This document shows positions 9,889 to 18,448 of a DNA stretch of 64,000 nt, one piece after another. Every line of letters starts with the position of its first letter. The first letter of the stretch is position 1. The translations under genes and the position numbers were made by a program. Source of the stretch: Candidatus Omnitrophota bacterium (GTDB lineage Bacteria; Omnitrophota; Gorgyraeia; Zapsychrales; Fredricksoniimonadaceae); assembly GCA_015233675.1 (NCBI GenBank), contig JADFXH010000009.1, positions 22,339 to 86,338 on the forward strand, given 5' to 3'. The notes beneath the pieces are model-generated. The model ran no database searches and was not told the DNA's origin. It saw only the letters and a program-made list of their open reading frames with translations.

Positions 9889-11052
9889 TTAATACGGCAT
9901 ACCCCAAAGCCGGATAAAGCCTTCGGAAAGTTTGGGATCGAATATGTCTTTATCGCCGTAGGTCGCAAGCTCCTCTTTATAACGTGAAAACCGGGATTTG
10001 CGCCCCGCCACCTGACAGCTTCCTTTAAACAGTTTCAGCTTCACAACCCCGCTGACACGCTCCTGGGTCTTGTTAATAAACGCGTCTAATTGGATCTTGA
10101 GCGGAGTCTCCCATAATCCGTAGTACGTCAACTCGGCATAGCGGGGAGATATCAATTCCTTATAATGCAGGGTCTCACGATCAAGGACCAGGGCTTCGAG
10201 TTCTTTGTGCGCTGTCATTAAAACAGTTCCTGCAGGATTTTCATAAATCTCGCGGGATTTAATGCCTACCAAACGGTTTTCCACCATATCCACACGCCCC
10301 ACCCCATTGCGCCCCCCAATCTCATTGAGCTTAATGATCAACTCAACGGGGCCGTACGCTTTGCCATTCACTTTAAGGGGATTCCCTTTGACAAATTCCA
10401 CCTCGACATATTCCGGACGATCAGGGCATTTAAGCGGATTTTTGGTCATCGCATAGATTTCTTCCGGCGGCTCAACCCAGGGATCTTCCAAAACACCGCA
10501 CTCAATGGAACGGCCGTAAAGATTAATGTCCGTTGAGTACGGACTCTTTTTGGTGACATCAATAGGTATCTTATATTTATGCGCGTATTCAATTTCCTGT
10601 TCGCGGGTTTTAAATTCCCATGTGCGCAAAGGTGCCAATAACTCCAGATGAGGCGCCAATATTTTAGCGGTCACTTCAAAACGCACCTGGTCATTGCCCT
10701 TGCCCGTACAGCCGTGGGCAACAGCCGTTGCTTTTTCTTTTTTTGCCACCGCCACCTGATGCTTGGCAATCAAAGGCCGCGACAAAGCAGTCGCTAAAAA
10801 ATATTTACCTTCATAAACCGCATTAGCCTTGATCGCAGGAAAGACATAATCCTTAACAAATTCCTGCTTTAAATCAAGGATGTAAACCTTGGAAGCGCCT
10901 GTTGCCAGGGCACGCTTTTCGATTGCCTTAAAATCGCTCCCCTGCCCCACATCAGCCATAAAAGCAATGACCTCATAGTCCTTGTCTTTCAACCAACGGA
11001 TCAGGCAGCTGGTGTCTAAACCGCCAGAATAAGCTAAAATAACTTTCTTCAT
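9889..11052 (-). CDS. argG: argininosuccinate synthase
   Basis: 387 aa. AYSGGLDTS ATP-binding motif and GCTGKGNDQVRFE. Confidence 0.93.
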   Translation of the reverse strand: MKKVILAYSGGLDTSCLIRWLKDKDYEVIAFMADVGQGSDFKAIEKRALATGASKVYILDLKQEFVKDYVFPAIKANAVYEGKYFLATALSRPLIAKHQVAVAKKEKATAVAHGCTGKGNDQVRFEVTAKILAPHLELLAPLRTWEFKTREQEIEYAHKYKIPIDVTKKSPYSTDINLYGRSIECGVLEDPWVEPPEEIYAMTKNPLKCPDRPEYVEVEFVKGNPLKVNGKAYGPVELIIKLNEIGGRNGVGRVDMVENRLVGIKSREIYENPAGTVLMTAHKELEALVLDRETLHYKELISPRYAELTYYGLWETPLKIQLDAFINKTQERVSGVVKLKLFKGSCQVAGRKSRFSRYKEELATYGDKDIFDPKLSEGFIRLWGMPY

Positions 11053-11057
11053 AATAT

Positions 11058-11112
11058 CCCCTTCCTTAAAATTCCATTACCTTTCCATTGATTAGGTCGG
11101 GCCAACGCCCTT
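11058..11112 (-). repeat. ~56-nt repeat forming the argG 5' leader and Shine-Dalgarno region
   Basis: Minus-strand AAGGGCGTTGGCCCGACCTAATCAATGGAAAGGTAATGGAATTTTAAGGAAGGG, followed by GATATT and the ATG. A second copy lies at 12328-12383. Confidence 0.85.
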
Positions 11113-11128
11113 CCTTAAAATTCTGTTC

Positions 11129-11377
11129 TGTCAAAATTCTTGCAGATTATGCATGAGAAGAGATATTATTTGCTCAACGGGATATTTTCGCCGTTGGCGT
11201 CGGTTTACAGCAAAAATGTTCTAAAGTCTCTCTTCATTTGGAACATTTTTCCTGTAAATCCTAGCCAACTTTTGGCGAAAAATCCCTGAATGTTTCGCAA
11301 ACAATATCCCTTCTCATGCATAACATACAATCCTTGCCCAGGCTGATACTGATATTCAGTGTCAGCCGTCCATGTAT
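11129..11377. repeat. TGTCAAAA-ended composite element carrying type I copy B (right end truncated or diverged)
   Basis: The left end TGTCAAAATTCTTGCAG and the internal sequence are colinear with 53304-53691, apart from the 112-nt insert. Homology ends near 11377 and there is no right TTTTGACA. Confidence 0.65.
11147..11323 (+). repeat. type I long-hairpin repeat, copy B (basal variant 3, apical variant 1)
   Basis: 177-nt palindrome TTATGCATGAGAAG...CTTCTCATGCATAA, sharing the middle stem and apical loop with the other copies. Confidence 0.9.
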
Positions 11378-11407
11378 TCATGTGTCGGGCCGACACAAGG
11401 TCAGTCC

Positions 11408-12322
11408 CTACGCTAACAACTTTAAAAGAACTGCCTTTTGCGCGTGCAAACGGTTTTCAGCCTGATCAAAAACTACCGAGTGTTCTCCGTCAATGATATC
11501 CGCTGTCACTTCCAGACCGCGATGTGCGGGCAGGCAATGCATGAAAATATAATCCTTATGGGCCGCTTTCACCAGATCCTTATTGACCTGATAACCCTTA
11601 AATTCTTTGATGCGTTTGGCTTTTTCTTTTTCCTGCCCCATACTGACCCATACGTCAGAATATATAATATCTGCTCCCTTAACGGCTTGCTGGGGATTTC
11701 GCCCTAATTCAATAGTACACCTATTTTTTTTGGCGCTATCTTTTGCATCTTGCACAATTTCATAGTTAGGATCATACCCTTTTGGGCCGGCAAAACGCAC
11801 ATTAATCCCCACTTTAGCACAAGCAATCATCAACGAATGAAAAACATTATTCCCATCACCAACATAAGCCAAGGTCAAGCCCTTGAATGAACCCATCTTC
11901 TCACGGATAGTCTGAATATCTGCCAGAGCTTGGCAGGGATGATACAGGTCGCACAAGGCATTAATGACCGGCACATCTGCGTGCTGGGCCAGTTCAAAAA
12001 TATCTTTACTGTCAAAAACCCTCGCAACAATACAATGCACATAACGCGACAAGGTCTTGGCCACATCATAAGTAGACTCACGCTTGCCCAGATTGATCTC
12101 TTCAGGCCCCAGATAAAGGCAATGCCCGCCTAATTCATAAACGCCCACTTCAAAAGAAACACGTGTGCGGTTAGATGGTTTTTGGAACACCAACGCGACT
12201 GTTTTGCCTTTCAAATCAGCACGCAATTTTCCTTTTTGTTTCTTTAACAAGCCTGCCGAATCAATCAAAGACACTATTTCGGCGCCGGAATAATCAGACA
12301 ATTTTATCAAATCACGTTTCAT
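11408..12322 (-). CDS. argF: ornithine carbamoyltransferase
   Basis: 304 aa. SNRTRVSFE carbamoyl-phosphate motif and HCLPAHRG. Confidence 0.92.
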   Translation of the reverse strand: MKRDLIKLSDYSGAEIVSLIDSAGLLKKQKGKLRADLKGKTVALVFQKPSNRTRVSFEVGVYELGGHCLYLGPEEINLGKRESTYDVAKTLSRYVHCIVARVFDSKDIFELAQHADVPVINALCDLYHPCQALADIQTIREKMGSFKGLTLAYVGDGNNVFHSLMIACAKVGINVRFAGPKGYDPNYEIVQDAKDSAKKNRCTIELGRNPQQAVKGADIIYSDVWVSMGQEKEKAKRIKEFKGYQVNKDLVKAAHKDYIFMHCLPAHRGLEVTADIIDGEHSVVFDQAENRLHAQKAVLLKLLA

Positions 12323-13580
12323 ACTTTCCCTTCCTTAAAATTCCACAAGCCTTGCCATTGATTAGGTCGGGCCAACGCCCTTTCGTCACAGCTCCCTTTT
12401 TCAAAACCGCCTCAATTGCCCCATCCAAAATATGAATAGCTTTATTAATTTGACGCCGGGTCACATTAAGTGCCGGCATAATACGTAATACATTGTCCTG
12501 CGTACAATTGATAATTAATCCCCTGCTAAAACATTCCTTAAAAATTGCGGCACCTTCAATTGTCAACTCCACTCCGATCATAAGCCCCAAGCCGCGCACT
12601 TCTTTAATAACGTCATATTTAGACTTCAATTCGTTTAACTTCATGACCAAATAGGGGCCCTGAACTTTAACCTTTTTCATTATTTTTTCAGCATAAATAG
12701 CTTTAATTACTCCCAAAGCTGCCTTACATACCAAGGGACTGCCGGCAAAGGTCGATCCGTGCATGCCCGGCTTAAAGATGTCAGCCAGCTCTTTTTTTAC
12801 AATCATAGCCCCTATGGGCAAGCCGCCGCCTAAGGCCTTGGCCAGGCACATCACATCCGGTGTTATGCCGTAATGCTTAAAGGCGAAGATCTCACCAGTG
12901 CGGGCCATGCCCGACTGAACTTCATCAATGATCAGCAGAATTTTTTGCTCATCGCAGATTTGGCGCAGAGCCTTCACATATTCCTTAGTAGCAACATTAA
13001 TCCCGCCTTCACCCTGAATAAGCTCAATCATAATGGCCGCTGTTTGATCATTGACCGCTGCTTTTAAAGCGCCGATGTCATTAAAAGGCACATGTTTGAA
13101 TCCGGGCACAAGAGGAGAAAACCCTTTTTGGTGCTTCTCCTGCCCTGTTGCCGTCAAGGCGCCCATGGTTCGGCCATGAAAAGCATTAATGGTCGTGATG
13201 ATCTCAAATTTCTTGCCCTCGCCGTACTTCCTGGCAAATTTAATGGCCGCCTCCACAGATTCCGTGCCGCTGTTACAGAAAAAAATCTTGCCCTCAAAAG
13301 AAATACGGATCAATTCTTTAGCTAATTTGGCCTGGTGAGGATTATAAAAATTATTCGGAATATGGATTAATTTCCCGATCTGTTCACGCACCGCACCCAT
13401 GACCTTAGGATGGCAATGCCCTAAGTTGCTTACACCCCAGCCAGGAAAAAAATCTAAATATTTCTTACCTTGAAAATCCGTCAGCTGTGACCCTTTGCCT
13501 TTAACAAAGATCGCAGGCATGCGGGTATACGTCAGAAGGATATGGTCGTTATATTCTTTAAAAATTTCGTCAGCTTTCAT
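12312..13580 (-). CDS. argD: acetylornithine aminotransferase (class III); the last ~23 codons are repeat-derived
   Basis: 422 aa. NSGTESVE, DEVQSGMARTG and the PLP lysine region. The C-terminal KGRWPDLINGKACGILRKGKYET is encoded by the 56-nt repeat also found upstream of argG. Confidence 0.88.
   Translation of the reverse strand: MKADEIFKEYNDHILLTYTRMPAIFVKGKGSQLTDFQGKKYLDFFPGWGVSNLGHCHPKVMGAVREQIGKLIHIPNNFYNPHQAKLAKELIRISFEGKIFFCNSGTESVEAAIKFARKYGEGKKFEIITTINAFHGRTMGALTATGQEKHQKGFSPLVPGFKHVPFNDIGALKAAVNDQTAAIMIELIQGEGGINVATKEYVKALRQICDEQKILLIIDEVQSGMARTGEIFAFKHYGITPDVMCLAKALGGGLPIGAMIVKKELADIFKPGMHGSTFAGSPLVCKAALGVIKAIYAEKIMKKVKVQGPYLVMKLNELKSKYDVIKEVRGLGLMIGVELTIEGAAIFKECFSRGLIINCTQDNVLRIMPALNVTRRQINKAIHILDGAIEAVLKKGAVTKGRWPDLINGKACGILRKGKYET
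12328..12383 (-). repeat. ~56-nt repeat forming the argF leader/SD and the argD C-terminal codons
   Basis: Minus-strand AAAGGGCGTTGGCCCGACCTAATCAATGGCAAGGCTTGTGGAATTTTAAGGAAGGG, followed by AAAGT and the ATG. Colinear with 11058-11112. Confidence 0.85.
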
Positions 13581-13589
13581 GTCTTAGTG

Positions 13590-14450
13590 TCACTTTTTAA
13601 TGATCTGCGTTCCAACACCCTGGTCCGTAAAGAACTCCAAAAGCAATGCATGCGGCATGCGGGCATCAATAATGTGGGTTTTGTTGACCCCTCCACCCTT
13701 CAAGGCTTCGACGCAGGAACTTACCTTGGGGATCATCCCTCCTGCAATCACGCCGCTTGCAATCAATTCATCCACTTGAGCCAAAGTCAGTGTTGATAAT
13801 AATGTGCTCATATCTTTTAGGTCACGCATGACCCCTGGAACATCGGTCAAAAGAACTAATTTTTCCGCCTTCATGGAATTAGCTATGGCGCTGGCTACTT
13901 CGTCCGCATTGACATTATGAGGCTGTTTCTCCATCGTCATGCCCATCGGGGATACCACGGTGATCTGCCCCTGAGCCAGGTGTGTCTCCAAGTGCTCTTT
14001 ATTCACTGAAGTGATCGTTCCCACGAACCCCAGGTCTTTGACGGCTTTTTTCTTTTTTACAAAAATAATATTTTCCTGCCCGCGCAGGCCTGTGACATCG
14101 CCCTTGAGGGACTTGATTTCCGTAACGATTTGCAGGTTTAATTTCTCCAATTCTTCACCGACAATCGTAAGCGTTTCTTTATCTGTAACCCTAATACCAT
14201 CGACAAACTCATTCTTTAACCCCTTTTCTTTCATACGGGCAGAAATATGAGGGCCGCCGCCGTGGACAATGATAACCCTGATCCCCACATAACTTAAAAA
14301 TACAATGTCCTGTAAAACATTATGACGGATTTTAGGATCGTCCAAAATACTGCCGCCATATTTTACGACAAAAATTTTACGGCGGAAAGCCTGAATATAA
14401 GGAATAGCCTCGATCAGGATGGAGGCTTTTTTTACAATTTGATCCATCAA
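13590..14450 (-). CDS. argB: acetylglutamate kinase
   Basis: 286 aa. VVKYGGS, VHGGGP and amino-acid-kinase fold motifs. Confidence 0.92.
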   Translation of the reverse strand: MMDQIVKKASILIEAIPYIQAFRRKIFVVKYGGSILDDPKIRHNVLQDIVFLSYVGIRVIIVHGGGPHISARMKEKGLKNEFVDGIRVTDKETLTIVGEELEKLNLQIVTEIKSLKGDVTGLRGQENIIFVKKKKAVKDLGFVGTITSVNKEHLETHLAQGQITVVSPMGMTMEKQPHNVNADEVASAIANSMKAEKLVLLTDVPGVMRDLKDMSTLLSTLTLAQVDELIASGVIAGGMIPKVSSCVEALKGGGVNKTHIIDARMPHALLLEFFTDQGVGTQIIKK

Positions 14451-15589
14451 TTATATTCTCCATTTATACGCACATAGTCATAAGAAAAATCACAGGTGTA
14501 AACCGTAGCGGCTGCCCCTCCCAGAGAAAGCTCGACGCAAATAGCAATTTCTTTCTTATTAAACGGCGAAAAAGTAATTTTCATATTATGCTCATCGATT
14601 TGACTGATCCCCAAAGAGCCCACTGCCGCACCTACCCGTCCCCAATTAGGATTACTGCCGAAAGCCGCAGTTTTAACCAAAGCGGAGTTGGCAATAGTTT
14701 TGGCAATTTTCCTGGCCTGTATCTCATTGGCAGCACCTTTGACATCAATGGTCAAAAACTTGGTAGCCCCTTCACCATCGCGGACAATTTTCTTGGCCAG
14801 ATCAATACATATAAACTCAAGGGCCTGATAAAACTTCTTAAAATCTCCGTCTTGTGTCACAATCTTTTTATTCCCTGCCAATTGGTTGGCCTGCAAAGTG
14901 ACCATATCATTGGTGCTCATGCACCCATCAACAGTAATGCTGTTAAAGGACCTCTCGGTCGCGCGCTTTAAAGCGATCTTCAGCATCTGAAGGGATATCG
15001 CAGCATCCGTCGTTATAAAGCCCAGCATCGTCGCCATATTAGGCTCGATCATTCCCGATCCTTTGCCGCAGCCGCCGATCGTAACCTTCTTTTTGCCGAT
15101 CATGATCTCAAGGGCGATTTCTTTAACTATTAAATCCGTAGTCATGATTGAGCGGGCGAATTTAGAGCCACCAAGAGTGCTCAATCCTTTGATCAGAATC
15201 GGCGCCGCATCAACAATTTTATTATACGGCAATGGCTTTCCAATGATCCCCGTTGATGTTACCAAAACATCAGCAGGGCTGATACCAAGGAGTTTGGCAA
15301 CAATTTCTGTCGAACCTTGTGCATGTTCCAAGCCGGATTTACCGGTATAACAATTAGCATTACCGGAATTAACCAATACCGCTCGTCCCATGCCTTTTTT
15401 AATATTCTTCATGCTGACAACCAGCGGAGCCGCCTTAATCGAATTCTTGGTAAAGACACCCGTGGTGACAGCCGGAAGCTCTGAAACTATAATACCCAAA
15501 TCCGGTTTGCCCGAACGCTTAATACCCGCTGATATCCCGTTGGCTAAAAACCCTTTGGGTGCCGTTACCCCCCCTTTAATGATTTTCAT
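14447..15589 (-). CDS. argJ: bifunctional ornithine acetyltransferase / N-acetylglutamate synthase
   Basis: 380 aa. Autoprocessing site context PNMATMLGFITTDA. Confidence 0.92.
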   Translation of the reverse strand: MKIIKGGVTAPKGFLANGISAGIKRSGKPDLGIIVSELPAVTTGVFTKNSIKAAPLVVSMKNIKKGMGRAVLVNSGNANCYTGKSGLEHAQGSTEIVAKLLGISPADVLVTSTGIIGKPLPYNKIVDAAPILIKGLSTLGGSKFARSIMTTDLIVKEIALEIMIGKKKVTIGGCGKGSGMIEPNMATMLGFITTDAAISLQMLKIALKRATERSFNSITVDGCMSTNDMVTLQANQLAGNKKIVTQDGDFKKFYQALEFICIDLAKKIVRDGEGATKFLTIDVKGAANEIQARKIAKTIANSALVKTAAFGSNPNWGRVGAAVGSLGISQIDEHNMKITFSPFNKKEIAICVELSLGGAAATVYTCDFSYDYVRINGEYN

Positions 15590-16635
15590 AACAGCCCCTC
15601 GATCTCATTAAAACCATACATAATATTCATATTTTGCAGTGCTTGTCCTGCAGCTCCCTTGACCAAGTTGTCAATAGCTGAGGTAACGACTACCATTTTT
15701 TTATCAGAGCTGACAACCACACCTATATCACAAAAATTAGTTTTAGCCACGCGTTTGGTCTCAGGCTGACTTCCAAGCGGATAAACACGCACAAAGGGTT
15801 CTGTTTTGTAGAATTTTTTATATAAACTATGAGCTTGATTCATTGTAATACCCTCTTTTAAATGCACGTACATCGTATTTAAAATCCCCCTCGTTATAGG
15901 AAGCAAATGCGCCACAAAATGGATGCGCGTTGCACGACCGGCTAATTGGGACAGATACTGCTCAATTTCCGGGGAATGTTGATGGCTTAGGACCTTATAC
16001 GCTTTAAAATTCTCATTAACTTCGGATGAAAGCAAGCCTATGGAGGGCTTGCGTCCGGCACCCGAAACCCCTGATTTGGCATCCACCACAATCGACCCGA
16101 TGTCCCTCCGGGTAGAAATCAAAGGCGCCAACCCTAAAATAGCAGCCGTTGGATAACAGCCGGGATTAGCAATGAAATTAGCTCCCTTGATCTTCTGCCG
16201 GAATAATTCCGGTAAGCCATAAATGGCCTTGCTTAAATTCTTTGTATCAGCATGCTTGTGGCCATACCAGTGTTCATATACCTTGCTGCTTTTAAACCGG
16301 TAATCAGCGCTTAGATCAATTACCTTCAGCCCCGCCTTTAATAATTTAGGCACCACATTCATGGATTCAGTATGCGGCAGGGCTAAAAAAACCACATCGC
16401 ATTTTTCAACCGCTTTTTTAATATCAAACTTATGACAAACCAGAGTCGTGCGGTTTAAAAATTCCGGATAAATTTCAGACATGGCTCCTTGCGTATTATT
16501 CGCCGCCACATAGGTCAGCCGCACGCCAGGATGCTTTAAAAGCAAATCAAAAGCCTCCCTGCCGGTATAACCGCTAACACCTAAAATACCGGCACGTATG
16601 GTCTTTAAAGGACATCCCAGCTCTTTATTCTTCAT
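15586..16635 (-). CDS. argC: N-acetyl-gamma-glutamyl-phosphate reductase
   Basis: 349 aa. GVSGYTG Rossmann motif and active-site ANPGCYPTA. Confidence 0.92.
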   Translation of the reverse strand: MKNKELGCPLKTIRAGILGVSGYTGREAFDLLLKHPGVRLTYVAANNTQGAMSEIYPEFLNRTTLVCHKFDIKKAVEKCDVVFLALPHTESMNVVPKLLKAGLKVIDLSADYRFKSSKVYEHWYGHKHADTKNLSKAIYGLPELFRQKIKGANFIANPGCYPTAAILGLAPLISTRRDIGSIVVDAKSGVSGAGRKPSIGLLSSEVNENFKAYKVLSHQHSPEIEQYLSQLAGRATRIHFVAHLLPITRGILNTMYVHLKEGITMNQAHSLYKKFYKTEPFVRVYPLGSQPETKRVAKTNFCDIGVVVSSDKKMVVVTSAIDNLVKGAAGQALQNMNIMYGFNEIEGLL

Positions 16636-16675
16636 ATATTCCCCGTCGATAATAAGTCATTCAGTGAATCCGTTT

Positions 16676-16704
16676 ATAATAAATAAAAAAGCCCATCTCG
16701 TCAA
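16676..16704 (-). promoter_or_regulatory. candidate arg operon promoter overlapping the rpsI terminator
   Basis: Minus-strand TTGACG (16704-16699), a 17-nt spacer, then TATTAT (16681-16676). Confidence 0.5.
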
Positions 16705-16728
16705 CGTATTTCGAAGGGAGATGGGCTT
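16689..16728 (-). terminator. intrinsic terminator after rpsI
   Basis: The 11-bp stem AAGCCCATCTC pairs with GAGATGGGCTT, followed on the minus strand by TTTTTTAT. Confidence 0.8.
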
Positions 16729-16752
16729 ATTCTTTTTATATTTTAATTGGCG

Positions 16753-17148
16753 TTAACGTTTAACCCATTGGAATTTACGACGAGCTCCCTTCTGACCGGG
16801 TTTCTTTCTCTCTTTCATTCTGTCATCTCTGGTCAGGCAGCTGGCCTTTTTCAAGATGCCCCGGGTTAAAGGATCGCAAGAAATGATAGCACGTGACAGG
16901 CCTAATTTAAAAGCGCCCGCCTGTCCGGTTGAACCACCGCCGGTAACACGTACGGAAATATCGAATTTATTTTCCAAATTTACCAATTTTAAAGGCTGCA
17001 TAATAGAAATACGATCAGTTTCTCGGGGAAAATAATTAAGAAACTCGCGTTTATTAACCATGATCTTCCCACCCCCAGGAGTTAGAACTACACGGGCAAC
17101 TGAGCTTTTTCGACGACCTGTACCTGCATATTTGACAACTTCAACCAT
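16753..17148 (-). CDS. rpsI: 30S ribosomal protein S9
   Basis: 131 aa. GGGSTGQAGA motif and a basic C-terminus. Confidence 0.95.
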   Translation of the reverse strand: MVEVVKYAGTGRRKSSVARVVLTPGGGKIMVNKREFLNYFPRETDRISIMQPLKLVNLENKFDISVRVTGGGSTGQAGAFKLGLSRAIISCDPLTRGILKKASCLTRDDRMKERKKPGQKGARRKFQWVKR

Positions 17149-17164
17149 GTAACTCTCCTAAAAT

Positions 17165-17593
17165 TTAAACTTCCAAGGCAATTGGTTTTTGTGCTGCATG
17201 AGGATGAGCCTCTCCCGCATAAACTTTCAACTTGGCCGTCTGCTTATAAGCTAAGGGCCCCCTTGGAAACATGCGTGAAACCGCTAATTCCAGGACTTTC
17301 TCCGGCCGCTTCGCCAGCATATTCCCCAAGGTCATTTCCCTAAACCCGCTGGGATAACCCGTATAACGGGAATACACTTTGTCCGTTAATTTCTTACCGG
17401 TCACCCTGACTTTATCAGCATTAATGATGATAACAGTATCTCCGGTATCCAAAAACGGCGTATAAATGCGTTTATGTTTGCCGCGCAGCACTGAAGCCGC
17501 CTTGGCCGCAACCTTGCCTAAAATCTTATCCTTGGCATCGATCACGTAACACTTATGTTCAATTTCATTAACTTTTGGTAAAAACGTTTTCAT
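17165..17593 (-). CDS. rplM: 50S ribosomal protein L13
   Basis: The ORF track gives 17165..17644. The conserved L13 N-terminus begins at the internal MKTFLPK (ATG at 17593), so the upstream 17 codons are probably not translated. Confidence 0.9.
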   Translation of the reverse strand: MKTFLPKVNEIEHKCYVIDAKDKILGKVAAKAASVLRGKHKRIYTPFLDTGDTVIIINADKVRVTGKKLTDKVYSRYTGYPSGFREMTLGNMLAKRPEKVLELAVSRMFPRGPLAYKQTAKLKVYAGEAHPHAAQKPIALEV

Positions 17594-17695
17594 ATAGTTA
17601 GCCTTAAAAATAGGCATCCCCAAAATGCGAGAATGCCCTTCCATTGCAAGATTCTAAAATATAACATCTTTCAGACAAATGTCAAATATTTTTAA

Positions 17696-18439
17696 TTAAT
17701 ATTTAACTTTCATAAGGCATAGTCCTTGCGCTGGAGCGGTGTCCCAGGCAGCCTTACGGTTTTTAGCTTTTAATATTTTTGGCATATCCTCCAAAGGCAA
17801 TTGGCCTGAACCTATCGCCAAAAGCGTCCCAACGATATTACGCACCATTTTATAAAGGAAACCATCTGCTGTTATATCAATATAGATCAAATCTCCTTGT
17901 TTCTTAATCACCATTTTCTTGATCGTACGCACTGTCTGACGTTCTACGCGCAGGGGATCATGGGCCTGAAATGACCTGAAATCACGACGACCGGTCAAAT
18001 GTTTAGCGGCTTTGCGCATACACGCAATATTTAATGGGTAAGGATAAAAGAAAGAGCGGTCTCTTAAAAATACAGAACGGTACTTGCGATTTAAAACCGT
18101 ATAGCGGTAGGTCTTTTCTTTAACGCTATATTGCGCATGAAAATCAATCTTAACTTCCTTAACCTCAAGCACGGCAATATCCGCCGGCAAGAGGCTGTTG
18201 AAAGCCCTCTGGATTTCAAAAGGTTTCATGTTGGTGTCAACCTTGAAAGAAACCACCTGTCCGTGGGCATGCACGCCGCTGTCGGTACGGCCTGAAGCGA
18301 CGGCCTGCGCCGGTTGTTTAAAAATCCTTAAAAAAACAGCCTCCAATTCTCCCTGAACGGTACGCTCACCCTGGGCCTGTATTTGCCATCCGCAAAATCC
18401 GGTCCCATCATATTCAAAAGTAATTTTAAAATTACGCAT
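17696..18439 (-). CDS. truA: tRNA pseudouridine(38-40) synthase
   Basis: 247 aa. GRTDSGVHA catalytic-Asp motif. Confidence 0.92.
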   Translation of the reverse strand: MRNFKITFEYDGTGFCGWQIQAQGERTVQGELEAVFLRIFKQPAQAVASGRTDSGVHAHGQVVSFKVDTNMKPFEIQRAFNSLLPADIAVLEVKEVKIDFHAQYSVKEKTYRYTVLNRKYRSVFLRDRSFFYPYPLNIACMRKAAKHLTGRRDFRSFQAHDPLRVERQTVRTIKKMVIKKQGDLIYIDITADGFLYKMVRNIVGTLLAIGSGQLPLEDMPKILKAKNRKAAWDTAPAQGLCLMKVKY

Positions 18440-18448
18440 ATTTTATAC

